Assembly: GCA_900088475.1 (NCBI GenBank)
Contig: FLMG01003637.1
Span: 1 to 47,982 of the forward strand
Direction: 5' to 3'
Source of the DNA: Hyphochytrium catenoides
Lineage: Eukaryota > Protista > Hyphochytriomycota
Length of the DNA stretch: 47,982 nt
Below the pieces are notes generated by a model. That model was not told the DNA's origin. It saw only the letters and a list, made by a program, of their open reading frames with translations, and did no database searches. The translations under genes and the position numbers were made by a program. Shown piece after piece: positions 23,300 to 35,946 of the stretch (the first letter of the stretch is position 1; every line of letters starts with the position of its first letter).

Positions 23300-23570
23300 G
23301 AGAGACTACATTCAGGACAATGATGGGACAGGGAATATTTCACCGCCTTGCAAAGTTCCGTACTGTATTTTGATAGTCCAATTATTTGTTAGTAATGATA
23401 GATGCGGAAAAATGGAAGTCTATGCAATTGTCTCGGTGGAAAGTTTGACGATAAAAGGAAAAAGAGGTTGTCATTCTTATTCTGAACATGATTTGCCGCT
23501 TCTTAGGAATACCTAGGGTTTGATGTCACTGTTTGGAATAGTCGTTACATCCTCAGGAGCTCTTCCTTGA
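23300..23570. promoter_or_regulatory. Putative AT-rich bidirectional promoter core between divergent LETM1 and SPATA4-like genes
   Basis: An AT-richer, microsatellite-free island flanked by a GA tract on the left and a CT tract on the right, so CT-rich on the sense strand of each divergent gene. It contains TAGGGTTT (telo-box-like) at 23514-23521. Function is inferred from position. Confidence 0.4.
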
Positions 23571-23588
23571 GAAATGGCCAGTGATGGT

Positions 23589-23756
23589 CTCTCTCTCTCT
23601 CTCTCTCTCTGTCCCTCTCTTTCTTCTCTCTCTCGCGCTCTTTCTTCTCTCCCCTCCTCCCTTTCTTTCTCGTACACTCATTCTCTCTTTTTCTTTCTCT
23701 TTTCTTCTTTTCCTCTCTATCTCTCTCTCTCTCTCTCTCTCCTCCCCCCCCCTCTT

Positions 23757-23787
<31 letters not shown>

Positions 23788-23900
23788 CTCTATCTCTCTC
23801 TCATTCTCATTTACCTTCTCTGGCTGCTCATTCTGTCTTCCTGCTTTTCTCCCTGCCTCTTTCTCTACCTTGCCTCTCTTTCCTTTGGTTTCCCCTAGTT
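23589..23900 (+). repeat. (CT)n pyrimidine-rich low-complexity tract upstream of the SPATA4-like gene
   Basis: About 300 bp of nearly pure C/T with several (CT)n runs. Confidence 0.85.
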
Positions 23901-24351
23901 CTGTGTGGCCCTCTTTGGGTCCTCCTTGCTAGCTTATTTCCCTTTCTGCGCTTGGACTCTGTCGCTTTCCTCTTTGAATCCTGCATGGGAGGAGGGAGCT
24001 GGATAGGAAACACGGCGCTAGAGCTGGCGGCGAGGGCGAACAAAAGTTAGGGAAGAGACAAAAAAGTAGAAAGAGGAAGAGAGAAAGAGACGAAGACAAG
24101 GCACAGGTGTAAAGCGTGAGAAAGAGAAGGACAAACACAAGGAAGACTGAGAGAAAGAAAGCGAAGAGTAAGCCTAGCGGCGACAAGAGCCACACTCCTA
24201 GAGCTCATTGCCAAACCGCATCGCTCTCTAGGTCCCTCAGAATCATCAGCATTGCCTCTCTTTGCTCTTGAATGGCCAGCAACACTGCTTACTAGCGAAG
24301 TGTCAGGAGAAGAAGAGGACGAAGACAAGAGAAGGCCATACCATAGAAAGA

Positions 24352-24618
24352 ATGACAAGCACTTCTTCTCTAGCATCTCCCGCCCCTGCGCAGCTTTCTA
24401 GGGAGCTGCTTAGGTGGATTCAGAGCTTAGACCTTGCTTACTCTGTCAAAAATGTGAAGCGGTAAGAAGCAGTTCTCTCTCTTTTTTCAACGATCAGTAT
24501 GCGCACCTTGCCAAAGCCCTTTGTTCTCTCAACATTAGAGCTTCTTTTCTATACTCTCTCTTTCTCTCTCTCTTTTAGCCTCTCATTCTCTCTCTGTCTC
24601 TCTTTCTTCTCTGGCTCC

Positions 24619-24654
<36 letters not shown>

Positions 24655-25793
24655 CCTCTCTCTCTCTCTCTCTGTATCTATCCTTCCGCTCGTTTGCTGT
24701 CCGCGGATTCTTCTTCGGGTCTATTCGCCTTTCCTTCTTCTCGGGTCTTCGGGTCTACTCTGACGATTCTCTTGCCTAATCTGCCCTCTAGAGACTTCTC
24801 CAACGGCTTTCTCATTGGAGAGATCCTATCGCGATACTATGACAAAGAGATCCAGATGCATTCCTTCCAGAATGGCACCGGAATCAGGGTGAAGAAGGAT
24901 AACTGGGAGCTGCTATGCAAGTTCTTCCGCAAGCATGAAGAGTTTGAAGAGATTGTGCAGGACAGAGCAGAGATAGAGAAGATTATCCACTGCGATGGTA
25001 CCTCCACAACCTCTCTCTTGAAGAAGCTGTACAAGATCCTGACACACAGGGAGATTCAAGAAAAAGTCATCCAGCCCCAGCTGGAGCCTTCTCTCCCTTC
25101 TTTCACTCTCTCCAACGGGACTAAAGTCCTCCGCGACGCCCTCCGTCAGCCTGATATTGTGGAGAAACAGGATCTTGAGGTGCAGAGAGAGAAAGCGAGA
25201 GCCGTGCTACAAGCTCACGAGCAGAACATTCAGACCCAGAAGACGGATGATCCGGGCCGGTTCTCAGGTACAAATGGCTGGCCAACGAAGATTGTCAAGG
25301 GCAATACGAAGAAGGTGGAGAAGAACCAGGACAAGCCCATACAAGTGACAGTGAAGGAGGTTTCTGTCAAGCAGATTGATGAACAGACACTGGCCAGTAG
25401 GCGGAAGGCAGGAGGAGCAGCAGGACCAGGCAGTGCCTCTCCTTCTTCATCTCATTCTCTCTCTTCCCCTGCCATCCCACTCTCGGCTCTCTCTCCCCAC
25501 CAGAAAACCTTCGAGCACATTGTTAACAATCTGCTCCGCGCCCTGTTGCCGGGCCATGAGATCCGAGAGAAGTTCACGGCCAAGAGATCTCTTTTTGAGA
25601 CGTTTATTGAAATCTTTGACCGCTCGCCCTCGTCTGAGGGCTTGACCTTAGAACTATTGGAGCAGCTTGCGGCTAGTCCCCACGAGGTGGCGGCCGCTGC
25701 TTTGGCAGCTCCCAAGGAGTTCTGGCAGGTACGCTCTTGGAAGCAAGAAACAAGAGAGAGAGCGGAAGAGTAGAAAGAGGGGGAGAAAGAGAA

Positions 25794-25840
<47 letters not shown>

Positions 25841-26904
25841 TTCACGTTATGTAGATGTCTCATGGTGGCGTAAAGCTCTATTATATAAGTGCGAGGAGGA
25901 GGAACTGAAAGGGGACACACAGAGACAGAGACAGAAACACAGACAGAGAGAGAAAGAAAGAAGAGAGAGAGAGAGAGACAGAGAGAGAGAGACAAACAGA
26001 CAGACAGACAGACAGGAGACTGTGAGACCCATGGCTACTACTAGGTTATAGCTTCTGGCCCCTGACTCAGACATCTTTTTCTCCCTGCTCACTCTCTCCG
26101 CCACTGGCATCTTCGACCATCACTCTGTGTGCCCATAGCTGGAGCGATTCTTTATTCCAATGCTGCGACAGCCAGGAGACTGCGAGACGTTCCACGTAGC
26201 GGTTGATTGTCTGTCCTCTATAGGAGAGAAGGCAGTGCAGATGGTAAGTTTGTGTCTTCCCCTGACCTCTTCCGTTACTCTTCCCTCTTCTTCTCATTCC
26301 TTCGTTTCCTATCCTTGGCATGGTCCCGTTCTGTCTGTCCGAGGTAGATCTCTGTCCTTCCCTGCGTCCCGGGTTTGTTCTTCTCTCTCTTTCTCTGTCT
26401 CTCTCTCTCTCTCTCGCTCTGTCTCTCTCTCTCTAATCTCTCTCTCGGTGATTTTGTCGCGCATTTTGTTCTCTCTTTCTCTTCCACTATTTAATCATTC
26501 TAACGGCGGATGTCACTCTTCCCTTTCTTCCCCATCCTTAGGACTCTTCCACATCCATGACTCTCTTTTCAGACTTCATCCTTCCATATCTTGCCTCCCT
26601 GCTTCCTAACTCTGGCAGCAAGGCCAAGCGTTTGCTTGGGGTCGTCTACTCTTTCTGTGAGGATTCTCCAGCGGCACACTTGCAGGTAGGAGAGAAGTCA
26701 AAAGCGAAGCGCAGGAAAGAGGGAGACATGACCTTAGCTTGATGAGCGGCAGGCAGAGGACTATACATGCTACCATTTTTCTCTTGGTGATAGTCGCTTT
26801 AGCCCGGCCTCCATCACTAGTCAATTTTGTCTCCTTTCTCTCTCTCTCTCTCCCTCTCTCTCTCTTTTTGTGTGTGTGTCTCTCTCTCTTTTCGTGTGTG
26901 TGTG

Positions 26905-26955
<51 letters not shown>

Positions 26956-28233
26956 TCTCTCTCTCTCGCTCGCTCGCTAACTTCCGTCATTGCTCTCACT
27001 CGTTTCGCTGTCGCTCGCTTTGTGTCCTTCATGTGTTTGTCTGTCTGCCTGACTCTCTCTCTCTCCCTCTTCTTGATCCCTCTCCCTCTCTGTTGTTGCC
27101 TATAAATACATCCGTTTTAGGTTATCCGCAAGCTGCAAGAGAACATCCCGAATCTCTCCAACTTCATCTCCATTCTGGGTCCTCTCTCCTCTCTGGAAAG
27201 AGACATGGACGAGCCTCTCGCAGATTTCTACCTTCACTATTCTACCTCCGGGCTCTCACTCTCGTCGCCCTCAGTTAGAGCACAAGCCATTAAAGCTGCT
27301 GGCCAGGTGGTTCTCTTCTTGCCCTCTTGTGCTGAAGAGTTAGGAGAGAAGATCCTTCCGCGGAGTCTGAACGATACGTCATGGGAGGCACAAAGCCAAG
27401 CGTTGTCCTTCTGTGCCAACGCTTTGAGAGCGTCTTCCTCCTCTTCGGCATCCTCTTCTCTCTCTGAAGGAGCAAGGACCAGCATTGTTGGCTTCTGCTG
27501 TGAGCTACTCTCTCCAAAGTCACCAGTCAATGTCAGAGCTTCTGGCGTCATTTTGCTCTCTCCTGTCTTTCTTCTTTGCCGAGAGCTGAGAGAGAGATAC
27601 TGGGAGGCTCTCTTCTCTCTTTCGAGAGAGTCTCTGCTGGCTCTCCTCCAGGGAGAGTTCAAGTTTCCAGCAGAGACAGTGGCGCAAGAAGATGGCCTCT
27701 CGCTTCCTCTCCCTCGGCTCTGGACTGACGGAAGTGCTCCTATTGCTGTCGACCTAGTGAGCCTTTTCAGAGAAAGATCCCTTGATGCCTTAGAAGAGAG
27801 TCATCTTCTTGTCTTCCAGGCCTGCGTACGCTATGCCAGGAGAGAGACAGACAGGAGAAGAGATGGCGAAGAAAAGGAGGAAGAGACATGGAGAGACGTG
27901 ATGGCAAGGGTCGCGGATTATCTCTTTCTTGCTTTAGCTGAGGAAGAGACAGCGGAACTCGCAGCGTCTATCCTTACAATGGCCGTAGATTTCCCTCAAG
28001 GAGAACAGATATTGAGAGAGAAAACGTTTTTAGGAGCTCTCCGTCTAATCTTCGGAGGAGAATCTGAAGGGAGAGAAGAATGCAGGCGACAAGCGCTTAC
28101 GTTCCTCACTGAAACAATGAAGCGAAAGGGGGAAGACGGAGAGGAATGCGTGCGGAGTGTTCTCCAGTCATTCGCCAATAGCTACCGAGACATCTACCCA
28201 GGGAGTGAGTTAGAGAAACTGACTGGGCAATGA
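24352..28233 (+). CDS. SPATA4: SPATA4/SPEF1-type calponin-homology (CH_2) domain protein with a long helical C-terminal extension (~800 aa, 5 exons)
   Basis: 'LSRELLRWIQSLDLAYSVKNVKR|DFSNGFLIGEILSRYY..IQMHSFQNGTGIRVKKDNWELLCKFF' matches the SPATA4 CH-like motif. Exons 24352-24461, 24792-25728, 26139-26243, 26542-26685 and 27121-28233 total 2409 nt and join in frame. Confidence 0.82.
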
Positions 28234-28570
28234 TAGAAGGACAGGATCACATAGGATTCCGCTTCTTCCCTGTTCCTCTCACTTTTGAGATGCATCTTCT
28301 CCACTTGGTTCTCTCTCTCTCTCTCTCTCTCTGCCTTTGGCAGCGCTATTACTATCCTCTCAGCCCATCGCACTTAAGATTCTAATAAATAGATGAGACT
28401 AACATTAGGCACTCTTTACCTATGTCGAAGAGCGGCAGAGCAAGTCGTAGTAGGCATCTCCTGCAGCGTTCTTCTCGAGCCTTTCTTTATGTACTGACGC
28501 CTCCATTCCCTAACTCTCTGTCCTGTTTCCCCGCCGATTTCTCCTATATCCATCCTCCCTAAAACTCCTA

Positions 28571-31500
28571 TTAAGAGCTAGTGCCAAGCCTCAAAGGCCC
28601 TCCTCCAAAGCGTAAACACTTCTGTCGTCGCCTTTTCTCGTCCGGATCTGTCGATAGGTCTGGCTCTCCTCCTTTCCTCGGATCCTCGAACTGTTGATCA
28701 AGCTGGACTCTCTCCTCTGAATCTCTTAGATCCCTCCCACTTAAGATGAATAGCTTCCTACCGCTGCTTCTTCCTTGTCAGCGCTTGCCATTGCTTCGAT
28801 GACGTTGCTGATATCTCCACGGAGATTTTCCACATCTTTTGGGGAGAAGATCCGCGGATGTAAGGAGGGCATGCTACCCTGGCTGAGTGAAGAGAGAAGG
28901 ATCCCCGCGTACATAAGAAGATACACGCCTGCCATGAAGATGCAAAGGTCACATAAGCCTCTCAACATCAATGCGGGAAGGCCTTGCTGGTGCCAAGTTG
29001 ATGGCGACGCAGAGCGTGCCGCAACTCTCTTTGTACGTATCAATTGGTTACTATCTTCTTTTTCACCACCTCAGTTCTTACACAGTGCTAATAGCCCTTA
29101 AAGAAGATGCATGTGACCCTCCTCCAGGTCTACCTCTTCTGCCTCCGTGTTCTGTCTCTCCCTCTCTTTCTCTCTGAAGAGCTCTCACTTACCACAGTCG
29201 CAGCTGTTCTGTTGCCTAGGCACCTCTGGCACTACAACCGGGAGTGAGGAAGGTGTGAAGACCATTCTCTTTCCTCTTTTGCTCTGATACTCTAATTCTA
29301 GGTATCTACAGGTGTCATGCCCAGCGGCCATCAGCATACGAAAGAGAAATAGGAGAGGAGGATTGTTGATGATGCTCAGCAACTTACCTTCGAAGTATGA
29401 CGCAGATAACGTCAATCTCGTGGCACTGAAGGGAGTCGAGAAAGAGAATACAAGGCCGCAAAGGCTCTCCCTTTCCCTTTCCCGACGTAACAGACAATGT
29501 CTCCTCTTCTCTCTCCACATCTACATGGGGGATCTTTTTCAAAGGACAGAGCCGGAGCCACCAGAAAGAGATGGTTAAATCGAAGCAGGAGAGAGTGGCG
29601 AGGATGAGGGATAGAAATACTAAAGCCCTTCGGAAGCACTGTCAAATGAAGGGCAGCCATAGGAGAGAGAGAAAGATTTTTAGAGAAGAATCAGAATGGA
29701 AGAATTGGACAGGCGATACTTGAAGATCGAGAGGAGCACCACGAACACTGTGAGAAACAACAGATGGTAGTACACTAACCTCTCCATCGGCAGCGAGTGC
29801 GCCAGCATACGGTCTGATTATCACTGCCAGGCTCCAATGCAACCTATGAGGAAAGGATGTGTCCAACAACAAGCTAAGCGTCCGCAAAGAAGACAAAGAA
29901 AACCCAAGGCGAGCTGAGGAGGGAGCAAGTTCACTTCAAATAGCGCGCAGCTCACCGCGCATCGTAGGGCAGAAAGGAGGCGAACGTAAGTGAAAACATC
30001 TTTGTTCTAAAGCAGAAGGGGAGAGAGAACGGACACTTACTGTCCGTTTATAGGCACTAGCAGCACATCCTTGGCGAAGATGTCAACCCTTTGGGTCCAC
30101 TTTTCAACATTGTAAAAGCTCTTGCTGATATTGTGGCCACTCCCTACTCCATCCGTCAGCCGAGTGTAAAAGAAGGATGAGAATATGTGTAAACGGTCCC
30201 GCTGTAAGGGAGCAAGACTGCGGTGCATAAACCTAAAAGAGATTGAGCCAGAAGTTAGCTCACCGACGCGAACAAGCACGGCAGTATTCAGACACGATGA
30301 AGTACAGGGACAAAGCCTCGATGGCCAGAGGGGACGGAAAGAACGCACACAGCTTCCTAAGACAGGTTGCTGAGAGGAATTTAGCGCAACCAGCCCTCTG
30401 ACCAGCATCTGCGGGCGTGCAGATGGCTACAGACTGAATCTCAACGGTAAGAAGGCTATCGAGCTCCTCACCTGAGATAGAAATCAACGATGGAGTCATT
30501 AAGAAACTCTCCTGGCAGTAGCCGTAGCTGGTCACCAACTGTTAGGATTATCCTGTCGATATCTGCCTCTTCTTCGTTTTGCTCCATTGTCCCTCGGCCA
30601 TTAGATCTCGGTGGATATGTCAGAATCGGTCGACGCAAAGACTCTGGAGGGACAGCGTCAAGATTGGACTGGGGCCATCGTCCATTTTCTCTCCCTCTGC
30701 TTGCTTCTACCTCTTTAGCAGGAGAAGAGAGAGAGTCCATCGAGATTAGTTGCTTCTGGCTATCGGAAGGCCACAGGCGCAGCAAGACGAAGCAGACAAA
30801 CAACCTTGGGTGAGAAAATGAAGGGGTTCAGGAGAAAGAGAGCAGTGCAGGATAGGTACAGACACCTAAGAAGTCATTGTTCTGCACAAATGAGGATAAA
30901 CCTTGCCTCCGCCTTGATGAATATGCTGACGTTATGGTCAATAAGGAAGCTATAAAAAATGACCAGATTGAAAGCCTCTAGCAGGGAAGGCATAGGAGCG
31001 ATGAAAGGAGGCTAGAAACAAGAGGCACCTACACCGTTGTCGGAAAGTGTATCAGGAGAGAGTCGTCGATTGGGGAACGGATAGCAAGATGACGCCTTAC
31101 ACGCTGGGTTTCATCAGTGCTTTCAGAGCTAGAGAGCAATCTGCATAGCTATTCCAGCGGTGCCAGCCATCCTCGTTTTGTAGGGTCACCGTCACTATGG
31201 TCTCGCCTTTTCTATCTCCTTTGACTTCGGCTTCGTCGGGCTCTATCACCTCCACATCGTTGTCACTCTGTGTACTTCCCTTGTTTGGTTTAGCATTCGT
31301 CTCCTTTGGCATCCCTGACTTTTCGACGTCCTTAACGAATTTATAGAGGGAGGATCCTGGGGCGGGGATGAACTTCAGAATGTACATAGTTGAGGGCGCT
31401 GCCTTAATCTCCGTGCTAGTGCGAGAAAAAGAAAAGGCGTTATGGAAGCAGCATTTGGGGGCGACGTCAGGAAGCAGTCCCAATGTCTATCCTTATACCC

Positions 31501-32952
31501 ATACTCATATCAAGGCGGAAGGCAGGAAGTAGAAGGAATTTATGCCGCGGTAATAAACTGCTTTCAATAGGTGCCAGAGAAATAAGGATAATTCGTCACA
31601 AGGAATGACGCAAGTAGACCAAGCAATTGCCCTCTGACCCTCTCTCACTATGTCTGTTGAACTACAAGGAAGCTCAGGATCAACCCTTCCTCGCCATCAT
31701 CTCTTCATTCCCTCACTGCCTCTTCTTTCTTGCCTCACCTGTAAGCCTGGAGATCTTCTAATTCTACAGGGATGCAATGCGGCGGGCATTCGATGACCAT
31801 AAAGTCTTCCTCTACTGAAGTCAGTAACCGCCCTTTGCCCCACCTTGCGGAGCCCACGCTTGCAGCAGAGACACAGATAGCGGAAATGCCATGGGAGGTG
31901 CCTCCTGCAACCTGTAGATACAGAAGTAGCAGTGATGAACATCCGGAAGCAGAGGGAATGCAGGGAGTGAGGCCAAGGTTAGGTGAGGACGGCTGTTTCA
32001 AAAACCTATGACGAAGGGCCCCAACTAATAAAGTGGATTGTAAGTCACTCATAGCGGGACAAACGCCGTTGGTACGGGTTGACCAATACGGGCAGAGGGC
32101 AAGACCAAGCGAAGAAAGACCGGCCAGAACACTTTAGAAGGCGAATCTGAGGGAGTGAGAAGGATACCTCGTCCGCTGCTACGATCTGATCCTCCTGCTG
32201 AGGAGGCGGAGGAGGAATGGGATTTTTGACAGGGGAAGTAGCGATAATTGTGGGTCTGGACAAAGAGTTTCCTTGGACCTCCTCCTTCTTCTTCTCTCCA
32301 TGGCTCCCTTCATCAGCTATAACGATCTCCTCTTTTGTCCTCGTTGTCCTTTGTGATTGTGAGGATGGAGGGTTACTTTTGCCGTCTTCTTCTTCTTCGC
32401 TCCCGCTATCATCTATGACTACTGAGGCTGATATAGCTTCTCCCCTCGGAGAGGTTCCTCTTTCCTTGGAAGATAAGACATCCTAAGGAGGATAGGGAGC
32501 AGGTGAGCAAAAAAGAACCGCACATGGAGGTAAGAGACTTGAGTGAGGGTGAAGACGAGGTGGAAGGACCTTGGGATAGGACGCGGGCGTTAGTAGAGAA
32601 AAGGTCACCTTTCATAGAAGTGAAGCTACAAAATGTCATCGCCGTCAAAGTTATCAAGGAAAGCGACAGAAGAATGCACCCGCGACCCATACACCACAGC
32701 GTGGAAATTGTAAGGAGGCGACAGGAGATGGTGGAGGTAGTGGAAGAGAGGGACACATGCGCTGCAGCGTACCCTGCGCACCCTCTTCGTTGACGAGGTA
32801 TTAACAGCTTCTGAGGCAGCCTCTCTCCCATTCCTCTTGCCCTTCACTTCGCCACTGCTAGCTTTACTAGCTGCTGATACTTCCTTCCCCTCGACTTCAT
32901 CCTCATCGTCGCTGATCAGAATAAGCTCCGGGGGTTTCGTGCTGGAAGCCAT
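28571..32952 (-). CDS. Ulp1-family (peptidase C48) SUMO protease, Ulp2/SENP6-7-like, multi-exon
   Basis: 'LLPGEFLNDSIVDFYLR', 'HIFSSFFYTRL', 'VEKWTQRVDIFAKDVLLVPIN', catalytic His 'LHWSLAVI', Asp 'CILFLDSL', and Gln/Cys 'VPRQQNSCDCG|VYLLMYA'. The long low-complexity N-terminus carries SIM-like motifs (LILISDDEDE, VEVIEPDE). The 5' exons and terminal exon are approximate. Confidence 0.9.
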
Positions 32953-34016
32953 CGTCCGGATTCCCGTTACAGCTCAAGCTTATCGCTTGCCAGTAGCCAT
33001 TCTACCGTCAAACTATTGTTAGTTCCTCACCGCCTTTCTTCGCTCTCCTCTTTGGGCTCAGGCTCCCAAGTCGAATCGGAGATGAGTGCTCGGAAGTGTG
33101 GAGAGAGACGCGCTGATAAAATGAACATGGTAGTCTCCCATAGACTTGGAACCAGACTTCAGCAACGGCTCCACAACTTTGCGCCTTTCTACAGCTTCAC
33201 GCCCTCCGTCAGGTCATCTATTAACTGGTGTCTTCCACCCGCCGTCCTGGCGTCCACATTTCAAGCTGCCAACACTTCTTGAGCTGCAGCTTGATGAGGC
33301 GCCTTGTAGAGCTATGACAGCTCTATGTATGACGAGCCCAAGATGATGATTCATTGACGATCCATGATGATCGATATTGCGAGGCTTTCTTCGGCTGTAG
33401 ACAAGGCTGTAGATCTCCCTGGGATCAAGAGCAAGAGAAATCTTAACTCGACACTGGGATGAAGGAGAGCTTATCAGATCAATAATTGATAATCAAAGGA
33501 ACTAATTCTTTTTAGATATTTGAAGCTTTCATGATATAAATGTATCGAAAGCAATATTTCGTTGTTGGTAAAAGCTCTCTATGTAGAGGGTGGCACGAAA
33601 AGAAAGACTCGGAACTTAATTTGAAACTATACCACCCATCCCGTTACTCCGCTATGGGTACCAATAGCTAAGATACATGGCCAGTCATTCTCGGTTGCAC
33701 TTCCATGTGAATCGGTAGCCCTTTATCGGAGTTAGAGAAGGTGGGCAGTCCTGGTCTTAGTGTTTTTTAGCAGCAGCATTTGGATGGCTACAGCTTGACC
33801 AGGAGATCCCCACCCACTGGCAAATACTAAGTAGATCTGCCATCGCAACCAAAATCCCCACCCATCCTGCCGCTACCTTGGCGGCGAACCATCCGACAGA
33901 CCTGCAATCTCTTCTTATCGCCCGCTGCAGAGCCTTCGCGCTGCTCCTCCTGGTCTCCATCGTGCTTGGTTCTCAAAGCCATCATTCGAGGTTTGGTCTC
34001 TAATTGCGTGAACATC

Positions 34017-35388
34017 ATGCCGGTAAGTGTGGCTGCATGCAGGGAGGAGCTGTGGCGGACGTGCTATTCGTAGATAAGACAGGATGTTATGATTGATGTA
34101 GATGCGAAAGGGGGGATGGAAGTTAGGAGTGATGCAAGTGAAATGGTGCGATGTTGCCGCCGGATAGACCTAGGGTTGCCAAAGTTGTCTCTTGCTTCAC
34201 AGCTGAGATCTTAACAAGAGACCTCTCCTTTATACGATTGATTGATATGTAGATCCGTCAGTTCCAAGTCGTCGGCCGCAAGGCTCCGACGCCAAGCGAC
34301 CCCAACCCTCCTGCGTACAGGATGAAGATCTTCGCTCCTAACGCAGTGATGGCCAAGTCTCGCTTCTGGTACTTCCTCCATCAGATGAAGAAGATGAAGA
34401 AGACTACGGGCGAGATCCTGGATGTCAACGAGGTATGTCGAACCGGAAGTAGAACTTAAGAGTAGACAAGTGAGTTTGGAGGAGAAGGAAGATGTTATCG
34501 AAAAAGAAAAGCGGTGAAAGTGTAGGTGATTAGTTAGTTGGGCAGATCGCGCTGGTGAGGCAGGTAGGGCACACAGCTGACCTTTTCTTTTCTGCTGGGT
34601 AGATTGTTGAGAAGAACAGCAGGACTATCAAGAACTACGGCGTTTGGCTGAGGTACAACTCCAGAAGCGGAACTCACAATATGTACAAGGAGTACCGTGA
34701 CCTCACTCTTACTGGCGCCATTGAGCAGATGTGTACGTGAAAGCTCCGATCGATATTTCTACAGCTCCAGCTCAGCTCTATCACTGACATTGCATTCCTG
34801 GAGATGTGCTATGCTTCGCTCATCATCCGCGTCCGCACGCTCTCTCTTCTCGAGCTCCAATCAGTTCCTTCCTGGCTTGACTACTGTTCTGTGCAAACAA
34901 TCTGTGGAGCTCTCTAGTTCGACGTCTTGGATGTCAACTAGTCTCTCTCATATCCCCCAGATACCTTTGTGTGCTCGTGGTCTCTACAGCCCATTCTTTT
35001 TTACTTTGCACATCGACAGACTCTGTTACTTCTTACGCTTAACCTAGAAAGGCAAGGGCGTACTGTTCTGGGATGCGGTTGGATCCTTGTTTTCCGCTGT
35101 CAGCTCGACATGCCACATTGTCCCTGTTCTGAATGAACCCTCAATCTGACGACGTCCACTCTTTCTTCTTCAGACGCTGAAATGGCTGGCCGCCACCGTT
35201 CCCGCAAGCGTTCTATCCAGATCATGCGGACGGCAATTGTCCCTGCCAAGGACTGCAAGCGCCCTAACGTTATGCAGTTCCACAACGGCGCTATCAAGTT
35301 CCCACTGCCTCATAGGATCGTGAGAGCACCAAGCAAGAAGTTCCGCACCACCTTCAAGGCCCAGAGGCCAAACACCTTCTACGGTTAA
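34017..35388 (+). CDS. RPL18A: 60S ribosomal protein L18a (eL20), 176 aa, 4 exons
   Basis: Exons 34017-34022 (ATGCCG), 34253-34432, 34603-34732 and 35174-35388 total 531 nt. They encode '[12 protein letters not shown]...[65 protein letters not shown]'. Confidence 0.97.
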
Positions 35389-35946
35389 GGCCTCGCATTA
35401 AGGATAGCAGTGCGTTCTTAAGAGTGAATCTTGGACCTTTGGAGGGAGAGAGAACGAATCCGAATGACACCTCGTGAGGCCCACCCTAGGGAGGAGCAAA
35501 TAAACTGATGGACCTGAAAGTGATCTGCGCCATTCTTCTCCTTCATTGACTCCCATGCTACTTCGCGTTACGTCTCCATCATCTCGCCCTCTCTCCGTTT
35601 TGACCCTCATCTCTTCTCGACTATATCTTTCTTCCCTACTTTGTCAAATCGCCAGCTTCGTACTAGTTGCTACGAATATGTGCGTTGTTGTTGAGGGTTG
35701 ACGAAGGGGTGTAAACTAAAGTTCCCTACTGGAAGCTCCTTGCTTATGAGACACGCTTTCCCTATTCCCAACCTGTCTCCATGACTTCCCAACCCTTCTA
35801 GCGGCGAACGGCAGCAATGAAGATTGCTTCTCTTGATTAGACAAAGTCACTCTGTAAGCCAAGAAATATTCTTCTTGTCGTTTCTGCGGTGAGAAGCAGA
35901 GCTAAAATAGATAAATATTCTTTCATCGATAAATCTGCACCTGTCT

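Noticed and set aside
33340-33480. ATGATGA box-C-like motifs suggesting a C/D snoRNA
   Set aside because: No properly placed CTGA D box or terminal stem is visible.
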